DNA of 62,008 nucleotides, filler included, from Sandaracinaceae bacterium (lineage in GTDB: Bacteria > Myxococcota_A > Polyangia > Polyangiales > JADJQN01): the NCBI GenBank assembly GCA_947483975.1. It is 4 parts of 4 records of this genome, joined end to end, with 100 filler letters (N's around TTAATTAATTAA, not from the genome) between each part and the next. Parts side by side here need not be neighbours in the genome. Positions count along the whole stretch, not along the records: positions 31,167 to 46,584 come from CANKOL010000091.1; positions 46,685 to 62,008 come from CANKOL010000092.1; 2 more parts are not named here. One strand, given 5' to 3'. Numbering within the stretch: position 1 is the first letter of the stretch; each line of letters starts with the position of its first letter. The notes under the pieces were generated by a model. It was given only the letters and a program-made list of their open reading frames with translations, did no database searches and was not told the origin of the DNA. A program made the position numbers and the translations under genes. This document shows positions 41,171 through 50,292 of the stretch, in pieces.

Positions 41171-42523
41171 GTGCAAATCACAGCCTCTGCCGCGACGGAT
41201 GTGGGCCGGTCGCGCAGCACGAACGAAGACAGCTACCTCGTCGACGCGGCGCTCGGGCTCTTCATGGTCTGCGACGGGATGGGCGGGCATGCGGCGGGCG
41301 AGATCGCGTCGCAGACGACCTGCGAGACGGTGCAGCGCGAGCTGACGAGTGCGCGCGCGAGCCTCGACGCCGTGCGCCGCGGCGAGGCGGCGATCGACCT
41401 CGCCTCGAGCCTGCTGCGCGACGCGGTGATGACCGCGTCGGCGACGGTGTACGACCTCGGCGCGCGCGACAAGAACAAGCGCGGCATGGGGACGACCTGC
41501 TGCGCCCTGCTCGTGCTCGGCAGCAAGGCGGTGATGGCGCACGTCGGGGACTCGCGGCTCTATTTGCTGCGCGAGCGGCAGCTCTATCAGATGAGCGACG
41601 ACCACTCGTTCCTCGCCGAGGCGATCAAGCACGGCGTGCTGTCCGAGGCGCAGGCGGCGGTGAGCACGCACCGCAACATGGTGACGCGCGCGGTCGGCCC
41701 GCAGCGGAGCGTGCAGGTCGATGTGTTGGTGTTCGACGTGCTGCCAGGCGACACGCTGCTGCTCTGCTCGGACGGCTTGCACCAGTACACGCCGAACGCG
41801 CTCGAGCTGGTGCAGCTGCTGTCGGCGGACGCGCCCGAGACGACGCCCGGCAAGCTCATCCAGCTCGCGAACGAGCGCGGCGGGCTCGACAACGTCACGG
41901 CCGTGCTCGTGCAAGCGTCGGCCGAGCTGGCGGAGGCCGTCGCCGACTCGAAGCGGGCGAGCGAGGTCCAAGCGCAATTCGAGGCAATGCGGAATATCGA
42001 GCTCTTCCGGGAGATGACGCTCCCGGAGCTCGCGCGCATCCTGCACGTCGCGCAGACCGTCGAGGTGCCGGCGGGACAGGTCGTGCTCCGCGAGGGCGAG
42101 ACGACCGAGACGCTGTACGTCATCGTCGAGGGCGGCGTGCGCGTGCAGCGCGATGGGCAGACGATCGCGGATCTCGCGGCGGGGAGCCACTTCGGAGAGA
42201 TGGCGCTGCTCAACCAGCGCCCGCGCACCGCGACGGTGATCGCGCGGCTCGAGAGCCGCCTGCTCGTGCTCGACCGGAGCGCGTTCTTCACCCTGGTGCA
42301 GCAGGAGCCGACCATCGCGTCGAAGTTCCTCTGGAAGCTCGCGCAGACGCTCTCGCTGCGGCTCGACGACGTCTACCTGGTGCCCGAGCGGCCCACGATG
42401 GTGGAGCTCCCGACGAGCCCGCCTGCGACCGAGGTCCCGCACGCCGTGGACGAGGCAGCGAGCGCCTCGCCGAAGCTGACGGCGCGCTTTGGCTCGTTCC
42501 CGTCGCCGTTCACGCGCGGCTGA
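41171..42523 (+). CDS. PP2C/PPM Ser/Thr phosphatase fused to a cNMP-binding domain
   Basis: TDVGR.R..NED, VCDGMGGHAAGE.AS, GMGTT, AHVGDSRLY, LLCSDGL, GG.DNVT; C-terminal LYVI..G.V and FGEMALL..RPRTATV. Confidence 0.92.
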   Translation: MQITASAATDVGRSRSTNEDSYLVDAALGLFMVCDGMGGHAAGEIASQTTCETVQRELTSARASLDAVRRGEAAIDLASSLLRDAVMTASATVYDLGARDKNKRGMGTTCCALLVLGSKAVMAHVGDSRLYLLRERQLYQMSDDHSFLAEAIKHGVLSEAQAAVSTHRNMVTRAVGPQRSVQVDVLVFDVLPGDTLLLCSDGLHQYTPNALELVQLLSADAPETTPGKLIQLANERGGLDNVTAVLVQASAELAEAVADSKRASEVQAQFEAMRNIELFREMTLPELARILHVAQTVEVPAGQVVLREGETTETLYVIVEGGVRVQRDGQTIADLAAGSHFGEMALLNQRPRTATVIARLESRLLVLDRSAFFTLVQQEPTIASKFLWKLAQTLSLRLDDVYLVPERPTMVELPTSPPATEVPHAVDEAASASPKLTARFGSFPSPFTRG

Positions 42524-42573
42524 GCGGGCGCGCCCCTTACGCATGGGGCCTCGACGCGCGTACCATCGAGGGA

Positions 42574-43764
42574 ATGCGCCCTCGCTCCGCCTCGCCCTTC
42601 GCCTCCAGTTTTTCGCTCGGTCTGGTCGGCTTGCTCGGTCTGCTCGGCAGCAGCGCGAGCGGCTGTGGCGATGACGACGCTCCTGCGGCGCACGACGGCG
42701 GGAGCGTCGATCTCGGCGCGCGCGACCTCGGCGCGTCGGACCTCGGCGGCGGAGACACCGACCTCGGCGCGGACGTCGACGGCGGCCCTCGCGTCGACGC
42801 CGGGCCGAGCGGGGGCGCCTGCGCGAGGCCGCTCTTCCCCGCCGACGCCCCCTGGAACCAAGACGTCTCGACGGCCGCGGTCGACGCGGAGTCCGCCTCG
42901 GTGATGGCGCACCTCGACTCGCTCGGCTGGGGCTTCGGTCATATGCAGATCGACTTCTCGCTCCACGTTCAGTGCGCGACCGGCGCGCCCATGCGCACGT
43001 TCACGCCGACGAGCGACTTCTTCGACGGGGACTGCGACGTCGCGCAGGTCCCCGTGCCCGTCGGCGGTCACGTCGAGGGCGAGACCGGCTACGCCTGCGC
43101 GGGCGACGGCGACTGCCATCTGCTGGTCGTCGATCCGAGCACGCAGCGCCTCTACGAGCAGTGGCGCGTGAACATCGTCGGCGACGTGTACGAGGGCGGC
43201 TGCCTCGCGGTCTGGGACCTCGCGCATACGCCGCCCGCGGCCGGGCGGGGCGAGCGCTGCACGAGCGCCGACGCGGCGGGGCTCCCGATGACGGCGCTCC
43301 TCTTCGACGCCGATGAGGTCGCGGCCGACGGCATCCACCACGCGATTCGCCTCATCCTGCCCAACGATCGAATCCGCGCGGGGATCTACGTGCACCCCGC
43401 GACGCACGGCACGGGCCCCGGCGGCGGCGCGTCGGGCGGGAGCGACTCGCCTCCCTACGGCGCGCGCCTGCGCCTGCGCAGCGACTTCCCGCTCGCGTCA
43501 CTGCCAAACGACTACGCCCGCGCCGTCGCGCACGCGATGATGCGCTACGGCCTCGTGCTCTCGGACGGCGGCAACGTCGCGCTGACCGCCGAGGACGACG
43601 AGAACACCACGGCCAAGTGGGACTTCACGACCGACGACCGCACGCTCGCGACGGGCCTCGGGCCGCGCGACCTCGACACCTTGCAGCCGGGAGACTTCGT
43701 GATGCTCGAGGGCGGCGCCCGCTACGACTGGCACGACGCGCCAGGCTGCCTCCGCACGCCCTGA
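42574..43764 (+). CDS. uncharacterised exported lipoprotein (TSADAAGLP-motif type)
   Basis: Lipobox SASGC, DLG-repeat linker; FP.D.PWNQDVS, GD.HLLVVD, LYE.W, TSADAAGLP, I.HA.R, PYGARLRL, YGLVL.D.G. Confidence 0.7.
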   Translation: MRPRSASPFASSFSLGLVGLLGLLGSSASGCGDDDAPAAHDGGSVDLGARDLGASDLGGGDTDLGADVDGGPRVDAGPSGGACARPLFPADAPWNQDVSTAAVDAESASVMAHLDSLGWGFGHMQIDFSLHVQCATGAPMRTFTPTSDFFDGDCDVAQVPVPVGGHVEGETGYACAGDGDCHLLVVDPSTQRLYEQWRVNIVGDVYEGGCLAVWDLAHTPPAAGRGERCTSADAAGLPMTALLFDADEVAADGIHHAIRLILPNDRIRAGIYVHPATHGTGPGGGASGGSDSPPYGARLRLRSDFPLASLPNDYARAVAHAMMRYGLVLSDGGNVALTAEDDENTTAKWDFTTDDRTLATGLGPRDLDTLQPGDFVMLEGGARYDWHDAPGCLRTP

Positions 43765-43781
43765 GCCGCACGCCCTGAGCC
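43754..43781. repeat. perfect 14-bp tandem duplication spanning a stop codon
   Basis: GCACGCCCTGAGCC x2; the first copy contains TGA 43762-43764. Confidence 0.85.
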
Positions 43782-43790
43782 AGACGCACG

Positions 43791-44657
43791 ATGCCCCACC
43801 GACTGCGCATCTCCGCCCTCTACGTCTTCCCCGTGAAGAGCTGCGCGGGGCTGCGCGTGGACGAGCTGACGCTCGACGCGATGGGCGCGGCGGGGGACCG
43901 GCGCTTCATGCTCATCGACGCGCACGGGCGCTTCGTCACGCAGCGCGAGCATCCCCGCCTCGCGCTCGTCGCGGTCACGCGCGCAGAGGCGGGCGGCGTC
44001 GTGCTGCACACGGCGGGGCGCACGGCGCTCTCGATCGAGCCGCCGCGCGCAGGCGTCGGTGAGCGCGAAGCGGTCGTGTGGGACGACAGCGTGCGCGTGC
44101 GCGACTGCGGCGACGGCGCCGCCGAGTGGTTCTCGGCGCTGCTCGGCGTCCCGGTGCGCCTCGTGTACTTGCCGGACGAGAGCGTGCGCGGCGTCGATCC
44201 GAGCTACGCCCCGAGCACCGCGCGCGTCAGCCTCGCCGACGGCTTCCCGCTGGTCGTCGCGACGGAAGCCTCGCTCGCGGACCTCTCCGAGAGAGCGGGC
44301 ACGACGCTCGAGATGGAGCGCTTTCGGCCGAACATCGTGGTCAGCGGCGGACGCGCCTGGGACGAGGACCGCTGGGAGACGCTGCGCGTCGGCGAGGTCA
44401 CGCTGCGCCTCGTCAAGCCGTGCGCGCGCTGCACGATGACGCTGGTCGACCCACGGAGCGGGGTGCCCGGCGCGGAGCCGCTGCGCGCGCTCGCGGGGTT
44501 TCGACGCGGGACGGATCTCGGCTTCCGCGGCGCCAACTCCGCGAGCACCTATTTTTCTTGGAACGCGCTCCACGAGGGCCTCGGTACGCTGCGCGTCGGG
44601 GACGTCGTCACCGTGAGCGCGCAGCGGCTCGCGCGTCATATCTCGCGTCGTAGCTGA
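43791..44657 (+). CDS. MOSC domain protein (YcbX/mARC-like)
   Basis: LYVFPVKSC.G, DRRFML, TQRE.P.LA, LADGFP, RFRPNIVV, KPCARC. Confidence 0.92.
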   Translation: MPHRLRISALYVFPVKSCAGLRVDELTLDAMGAAGDRRFMLIDAHGRFVTQREHPRLALVAVTRAEAGGVVLHTAGRTALSIEPPRAGVGEREAVVWDDSVRVRDCGDGAAEWFSALLGVPVRLVYLPDESVRGVDPSYAPSTARVSLADGFPLVVATEASLADLSERAGTTLEMERFRPNIVVSGGRAWDEDRWETLRVGEVTLRLVKPCARCTMTLVDPRSGVPGAEPLRALAGFRRGTDLGFRGANSASTYFSWNALHEGLGTLRVGDVVTVSAQRLARHISRRS

Positions 44658-44693
44658 CGCTCGAGCGCCCGACGGGGTATCCTCCGCCGGCTC

Positions 44694-45314
44694 ATGGAAC
44701 GCGACCTCACTGGCCGCTGCGGCACGTGCGCCTTCTTCGGACGTTATTACGTCGAGGGCGCCGAGGTGCAGTCGGGCGACTGCCGCATCTGGAAGGCGCG
44801 CAAGCTCGAGACGGGGATGTGCCCGAGCTACAAGGCGCTCGGCGCGAGCTGGGACGGTTGGACGAAGAAGAAACCTGCCGCTGCGGGCACGCCGCGCCGT
44901 ATGCGCGAGGAAGACGAGCCGCCGCCGAAGCGCCCGCTTCCTCAGGAGATCGACCTCGACATGGACCAAGCAGAATTCCGTAGAGTGCTCACCGAGGTTC
45001 TGCGCGAGGAGCTCGGCGTCGGGGATGCGACGCTCGGGGACCGCTGGCGCGGCGGCGAGGTCGTGCTCGTCCCCGGCAAGAAGGAGACGCAGGAGAAGCG
45101 CGTCCCCATCGACGCGCTCTTCAACAAGATCGTGATGATCCGCGACAAGCTCCGCGTGCTCGAGCAGAAGGTCAACGGCAGCGCCAGCCTGGCCGCCGAC
45201 GAGAAGCTGCAGCTGCAGCAGTACGTGACCGCCTGCTACGGCTCGCTCACGACCTTCAACGTGCTCTTCCGCGACGACGACGACCGCTTCCGCGGCCAAG
45301 GCGGCAAGGACTGA
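44694..45314 (+). CDS. hypothetical protein with N-terminal 4-Cys motif and helical C-domain
   Basis: CGTC…C…C, then KIVMIRDKLRVLEQKVN…LQQYVT.CYGSLTTFNVLF; GC-rich third codon positions typical of real genes here. Confidence 0.7.
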   Translation: MERDLTGRCGTCAFFGRYYVEGAEVQSGDCRIWKARKLETGMCPSYKALGASWDGWTKKKPAAAGTPRRMREEDEPPPKRPLPQEIDLDMDQAEFRRVLTEVLREELGVGDATLGDRWRGGEVVLVPGKKETQEKRVPIDALFNKIVMIRDKLRVLEQKVNGSASLAADEKLQLQQYVTACYGSLTTFNVLFRDDDDRFRGQGGKD

Positions 45315-45361
45315 GCGAGCGCGCTCCGCGGGGCGCGCTGTCCGCCGGGCGCGCAGTCCGC

Positions 45362-45952
45362 TCAGCTCTCGTCGGCGGCGTCGGGCCTCGGGGCGCCGAA
45401 CTGCAGGACGTCGTGCACGTCGCCGCGCAGCGTGTGGCGCTCGGCGCGTGGGTCGGCCGCCGCGAGCGCCTCGGTCCGCGCAAGGCCCTCGAGCTCCTTC
45501 GGTCGGGCGACGAGCACGGGCAGGTGCGCCTCGGCGACGAGCCTCGTCGCGATGGAGCCGAGCAAGAGCTTGTCGAGCCCGCGCCGACCGTGCGTGCCCA
45601 CGATGATCAGGTCCGCGTCGACGTCGACGGCGAGCTGATGGACCGCCTTGACCGGGTCCCCGAGCCGCACGTGGAAGCCGACGCCTTGGTCCCAGCGATG
45701 CCCGGTGACGCGCGCGCCGACGTCGAGCACGAGCTCACGCAGGCGTCGGTACGTCGCGTCGATCGCGTGGCTCTCGCGCTCGATTCCGTCGCGCTTGATC
45801 CACGGGTCGATGGGCAGCACGTGCACGACGTGCAGCGCAGTGCCCGAGATGCGCCGAGCGAGCTGAATCCCGGCGACGATCGCGTGCTCGGAGGCGGGCG
45901 TGAAGTCCACCGCGATGACGACTCGCTGCACGACGTGAGTGCTCTCAGACAT
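45362..45952 (-). CDS. universal stress protein (UspA family)
   Basis: VVIAVDF...S..A, GDP...., ADLIIVGTHGRRGL..LLLGS.A..LV......VLV. Confidence 0.92.
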   Translation of the reverse strand: MSESTHVVQRVVIAVDFTPASEHAIVAGIQLARRISGTALHVVHVLPIDPWIKRDGIERESHAIDATYRRLRELVLDVGARVTGHRWDQGVGFHVRLGDPVKAVHQLAVDVDADLIIVGTHGRRGLDKLLLGSIATRLVAEAHLPVLVARPKELEGLARTEALAAADPRAERHTLRGDVHDVLQFGAPRPDAADES

Positions 45953-46018
45953 GGCCCTCCGCTTGGCTGCCGTCCAGATACGCCCACGCGGACGCGGTGC
46001 CAACGCGCCTCGCTCGGT

Positions 46019-46584
46019 TCACGCAGAGCCGAGCAACGCGCGCGCCTTGGCGACCCACTCCTCGCGCTCGAGGCGATCGACCCGCGCGCCGATCTTCTGC
46101 GCGATGTCCGCGAGGTCCGCGCTCGTCCAAGCCGCGATCTGCGCGTAGGTGCTGACGCCGACGGCGCGCAGCGCTTGCTCGAACTTGGGCCCGATGCCCT
46201 TGATGCGACGGAGATCGTCCGGCGGCTTGGAGACTGAGAGCTCGACGACGCGCGCCTCGAGCTCAGCGATCCGCAGGCGCGCCGCGTCGAGCTCGAGCAT
46301 CGCGGGGCGCAGGCTCGAGAGCTCGCCGAGCAGCATCGTCGCGCGCGCCTGCGTCTCGAGCAGCTCACGCTGCAGCTGAGCGATCTTGGTGGCGTCGAAG
46401 ACTGCCGCGACCGGAGGTGGATCCGACGGGCGGCGTGCGTTGTACGCGCCAGGCTCGCGGAGCGGCGCCGGCGCTGCCGGGAGGCGCGACAAGGACGGGA
46501 TGGGCGTCGACGGACGCAGCGGGGGCAGCGACGACGGCCGCGAGGGCAGCGGCTCGCGGGGCGGCGGGAGCGGACGCGCCGGGA
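46019..46584 (-). CDS. protein with Pro-rich region, coiled coil and C-terminal helix-hairpin-helix domain, 5' partial
   Basis: DDLRRIKGIGPKFEQAL...GV.TYAQIAAWT…EEWV..A..L. Confidence 0.7.
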
Positions 46585-46684
46585 NNNNNNNNNNNNNNNN
46601 NNNNNNNNNNNNNNNNNNNNNNNNNNNNTTAATTAATTAANNNNNNNNNNNNNNNNNNNNNNNNNNNNNNNNNNNNNNNNNNNN
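46585..46684. other. artificial contig linker
   Basis: N44-TTAATTAATTAA-N44. Confidence 0.98.
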
Positions 46685-46685
46685 C

Positions 46686-47078
46686 GGCGGCACGGTGGGG
46701 ACCGGCGGCGGCCACGGCGGGACGGCGGGCGGCGGCGACGCTCAGCCCGCTGGGGGCGGCTCCGTGCTGCCGACGGTGTTGCTGATCACCGGTGGCGGAG
46801 TGGCCGCGCTCGGCCTCACCGTGGGGATCCTAGCCTATGTGAAGGCGGGCAACGCGACCTCGAGCGAGGGCACGCAGGCGGACGGCGCGCGCAGGTTCGC
46901 GCTGATCGCCGACATCGGCATGGGAGTCGGGGTGATCACCGCCGCGATCGGGCTCGTGCTGATGCTCACCGGCGGCAGCGACGACGAGGCCCCGCCTCCG
47001 AGCACGACCGCGCGCCTGCGCTTCACTCCGCTCCTCGCGCCGACGGTCGCGGGCGCGAGCGCCACGCTCACCTTCTGA
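46686..47078 (+). CDS. C-terminal part of an exported protein (TPR/PEGA type), 5' partial
   Basis: Gly linker, two Gly-rich hydrophobic helices, terminal beta-hairpin-like RFTPLLAP…ASATLTF. Confidence 0.55.
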   Translation, partial: GGTVGTGGGHGGTAGGGDAQPAGGGSVLPTVLLITGGGVAALGLTVGILAYVKAGNATSSEGTQADGARRFALIADIGMGVGVITAAIGLVLMLTGGSDDEAPPPSTTARLRFTPLLAPTVAGASATLTF

Positions 47079-47087
47079 GGCACGACG

Positions 47088-47687
47088 ATGTACCGACTTC
47101 GGCTCTCTTCTCGCGGTAGCGCAACGCTCATGCTCGCCACCCTCACGCTCGTGGCGCTCGCGCTCACGAGCAGCGCCTGCAGTGCGGTCGTCGCCAGCAG
47201 GCTCGCCGACAAGCCGGCGTCCGACGACGCCGCGACCATGGGGTGTACCCCCGGCGCGATGTGCCTCGATGGCACGCCCTGTAAGGGCCCGGATGTGTGC
47301 AGCCCCGACGGGACCTGCGTGAGCGGCACCGCGGCCGCGCCCGACGGCACCCCCTGCAACTCGGACAGCGACCCCGCCAACGGAGAGATCTGTGGGATGG
47401 GCGCCTGTCATCTTCCCTTCTGCGGGGATGGCATCGTGTCCGCACCCGAGCTCTGCGACGACGGCAACCCCGATCCGAATGACGGCTGCCGCCCCAACTG
47501 CACGTTCACCTGTCAGAACGACATGGACTGCCAGGACGGCAACGAGTGCGACGGGGCCGAGGTCTGCACCGTGGGGCGGGTCGGCGAGCGCAAGTGCCGC
47601 GAGGCTGCCCTGCTGCCGCCGGATGGCACGCCCTGCACGAAGCCGGATATGAACATGGGCGCATGTGGAATGGGAATCTGCCTCTGA
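47088..47687 (+). CDS. Cys-rich lipoprotein with myxobacterial cysteine-rich repeat (DUF4215-like)
   Basis: Lipobox SSAC; CGDGIV…E.CDDGN…DGC…C. Confidence 0.8.
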   Translation: MYRLRLSSRGSATLMLATLTLVALALTSSACSAVVASRLADKPASDDAATMGCTPGAMCLDGTPCKGPDVCSPDGTCVSGTAAAPDGTPCNSDSDPANGEICGMGACHLPFCGDGIVSAPELCDDGNPDPNDGCRPNCTFTCQNDMDCQDGNECDGAEVCTVGRVGERKCREAALLPPDGTPCTKPDMNMGACGMGICL

Positions 47688-47727
47688 TTCACAGGCGCCC
47701 TGCGGGGCGCCGCGGAGATGTACGACG

Positions 47728-49110
47728 ATGCGCGCGTCCTTGGCCTTGTCTGGTCTCGTGGCTCTGGTGATGTTTGGCTCGGCAGGCTGTGGCGACGATG
47801 ACGCCCCGGCGGTGGATGGCGGCCCGCTCGACGGCGATCTCGCCCGCGATCTCGGGGGCGGAGACGGGGGCGCAGGCTGTGTCGGGGCCGGCGACGGCGC
47901 GGCCTGTGAGTTGCCGTCCGGCGTCGCGGCGGTGTGCGTGAGCGGCTCCTGCGCCGCGAGCGCCTGCGGGGACTCGGTCGTCGACGCGCGCACGGAGACC
48001 TGCGACGACGGGAACTCCGAGCCGGGCGACGGCTGCGAGCCGGACACCTGCAGGTTCACCTGCGCGACGGACGCCGAGTGCACGAACGGCAACGAGTGCG
48101 ACGGCACGGAGACCTGCGCCCTCGCGCTGCACCGCTGTCAGGGCGGCACGAGGCCGGCCGTCGGCGCCGCGTGCACGACCGCGGCCGGCATCGCTGGTCA
48201 GTGCAACGCGGCGGTCGTCTGCGGGCCCGCCGGCTGCGGCAACGCGATCGTCGGCGCTGGCGAGGACTGCGACGACGGCAACACGCTCGACGGAGACGGC
48301 TGCGACAACGACTGCACGTTCTCCTGCGCGCTCGACGCGGACTGCGACGACGGCAACGTCTGCAACGGCACCGAGACGTGCGACGCCAGCGCGCATCAGT
48401 GCTCCCCCGGCTCAGCGCTCGACTGCGCCGACACCAGCGCCTGCACGGCCGACGAGTGCGACCCGTCCGCGGGCTGCGTGCACCCGCTGATCGACGGCGA
48501 CGGCGACGGGCAGGCGGCGACCTCGCTCGGCGCGTGTGGCACCGACTGTGACGACGCCAACGCCGCCCGATACTCCGGCGCGGAAGAGATCTGCGACGGT
48601 GTCGACAACAACTGCAACGGCGCCGTCGACGAGATCGCGCCCACTTGGTACGTCGACTGCGACGGCGACACCTACGCGTCCTCGCTCGTCGGGGCGACGA
48701 TGGGCTGCGCGATGCCGTCGGCGGCCGCGACGGGCTGCCCGGTGTCCTCTGCGCGCTCGTGGACGAACCGCCGCCCGATCGATCTCACCACGACCGACTG
48801 CTACGACGCGAACGCCGACGTCAAACCCCTGCAAACCAGCTACTTCACGACGGCGGCCGCGGGGCGCTCGGCGTCGGTCGACTTCGACTACAACTGCAGC
48901 AGCGTCGAAGACAAGCAGTACACGCACCTCGCGGGGAGCACCAGCTCAGCGTGTGGGATCTATCGCGGCGCGTGCGCCGGGTACCCCTACTGGCTCGGAA
49001 CGACCGTGCCGGTATGCGGCGCCCTCGCGCCGATCAGCGAATGCCTCATGGACCGCTCGGGTGTCTGCGTCCGAACGACCCACTCGACGGGCCGCCAGGG
49101 GTGCCGCTGA
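47728..49110 (+). CDS. Cys-rich lipoprotein with DUF4215-like repeats and putative metal-binding (MopE-like) motifs
   Basis: Lipobox SAGC; two CG.....E.CDDGN…DGC units; DCDD.N…GAEE.CDGVDNNCNG.VDE; WY.D.DGD.Y. Confidence 0.82.
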   Translation: MRASLALSGLVALVMFGSAGCGDDDAPAVDGGPLDGDLARDLGGGDGGAGCVGAGDGAACELPSGVAAVCVSGSCAASACGDSVVDARTETCDDGNSEPGDGCEPDTCRFTCATDAECTNGNECDGTETCALALHRCQGGTRPAVGAACTTAAGIAGQCNAAVVCGPAGCGNAIVGAGEDCDDGNTLDGDGCDNDCTFSCALDADCDDGNVCNGTETCDASAHQCSPGSALDCADTSACTADECDPSAGCVHPLIDGDGDGQAATSLGACGTDCDDANAARYSGAEEICDGVDNNCNGAVDEIAPTWYVDCDGDTYASSLVGATMGCAMPSAAATGCPVSSARSWTNRRPIDLTTTDCYDANADVKPLQTSYFTTAAAGRSASVDFDYNCSSVEDKQYTHLAGSTSSACGIYRGACAGYPYWLGTTVPVCGALAPISECLMDRSGVCVRTTHSTGRQGCR

Positions 49111-49178
49111 CGCCGGTGCGCCGACGCTGACGGGTGACGGTGGTGGCTCTGCGCCACCGCCGCCCGTACACTGACCGG

Positions 49179-50288
49179 GTGTCTCTGCGCATCGATCAGG
49201 ACCACGGGCGCTTTCGATCGATCGTCCGCGGGCGGATCCGCCAGAACCTGCGCAAGTACATCTCGCAGGGCGAGTTGCTCGGCCGCCAGGGCAAGGACGT
49301 CGTCTCGATTCCGATTCCGCAGATCGACATCCCGCGCTTTCGCTACGGCGACAAGCAGCAAGGCGGCGTCGGTCAGGGCGACGGGGACTCGGGCGATCCG
49401 CTCTCGGGCGAGGAGCAAGAGGGCGAGGGCGGCAAGAAGGCAGGCCAGGGCGAGGGGCAGCACGCGCTCGAGGTCGAGGTCACGCTCGACGAGCTCGCGG
49501 CGATCCTCGGTGAGGAGCTCGCGCTCCCGAACATCGAGAACAAGGGCAAGGCGAAGCTCGTCAACAAGAAGGACCGCTACGTCGGCATCCGGCGCGTGGG
49601 GCCCAATTCGCTGCGGCACTTCAAGCGCACGTTTCGGCACGCGCTGCGGCGGCAGATCGGGATGGGCACGTACGACCCGAAGCGCCCGATCATCATCCCG
49701 ACCCGCGACGATATGCGCTATCGGTCGTGGAAGACCGACGAGGAGCCGATCGCCAACGCAGTCATCCTCTACATGATGGACGTCTCCGGCTCGATGGGAG
49801 ACGAGCAGAAGGAGATCGTGCGCATCGAGTCCTTCTGGATCGATGCCTGGCTGAGGAGCCAATACAAGGGGCTCGAGACGCGCTTCATCATCCACGACGC
49901 CGCCGCGCGCGAGGTCGACCGCGACACCTTCTTCCGAACGCGCGAGTCCGGGGGCACGATGATCTCGAGCGCCTACAAGCTCGCCGCGCAGATGATCGAG
50001 AACGACTACCCGTCGGGCGAGTGGAACATCTATCCATTCCACTTCTCCGACGGCGACAACTGGTCAGTCGACGACACGCTCGCGTGCATCGACATCCTCA
50101 AGCAGAAGCTGCTCCCGGCGAGCAACATGTTCTGTTATGGGCAGGTCGAGTCGCCCTATGGCTCGGGGCAGTTCATCAAAGATCTGCGCGAGCACCTGAA
50201 GGGCGACGACCGCGTCATCACGAGCGAGATCCGCGACCGCGACGCCATCGTCGGCTCGATCCGCGAGTTCCTCGGAAAGGGGCGCTGA
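49179..50288 (+). CDS. YeaH/YhbH family protein (DUF444, vWA-like)
   Basis: [64 protein letters not shown]. Confidence 0.93.
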   Translation: MSLRIDQDHGRFRSIVRGRIRQNLRKYISQGELLGRQGKDVVSIPIPQIDIPRFRYGDKQQGGVGQGDGDSGDPLSGEEQEGEGGKKAGQGEGQHALEVEVTLDELAAILGEELALPNIENKGKAKLVNKKDRYVGIRRVGPNSLRHFKRTFRHALRRQIGMGTYDPKRPIIIPTRDDMRYRSWKTDEEPIANAVILYMMDVSGSMGDEQKEIVRIESFWIDAWLRSQYKGLETRFIIHDAAAREVDRDTFFRTRESGGTMISSAYKLAAQMIENDYPSGEWNIYPFHFSDGDNWSVDDTLACIDILKQKLLPASNMFCYGQVESPYGSGQFIKDLREHLKGDDRVITSEIRDRDAIVGSIREFLGKGR

Positions 50289-50292
50289 GCGC

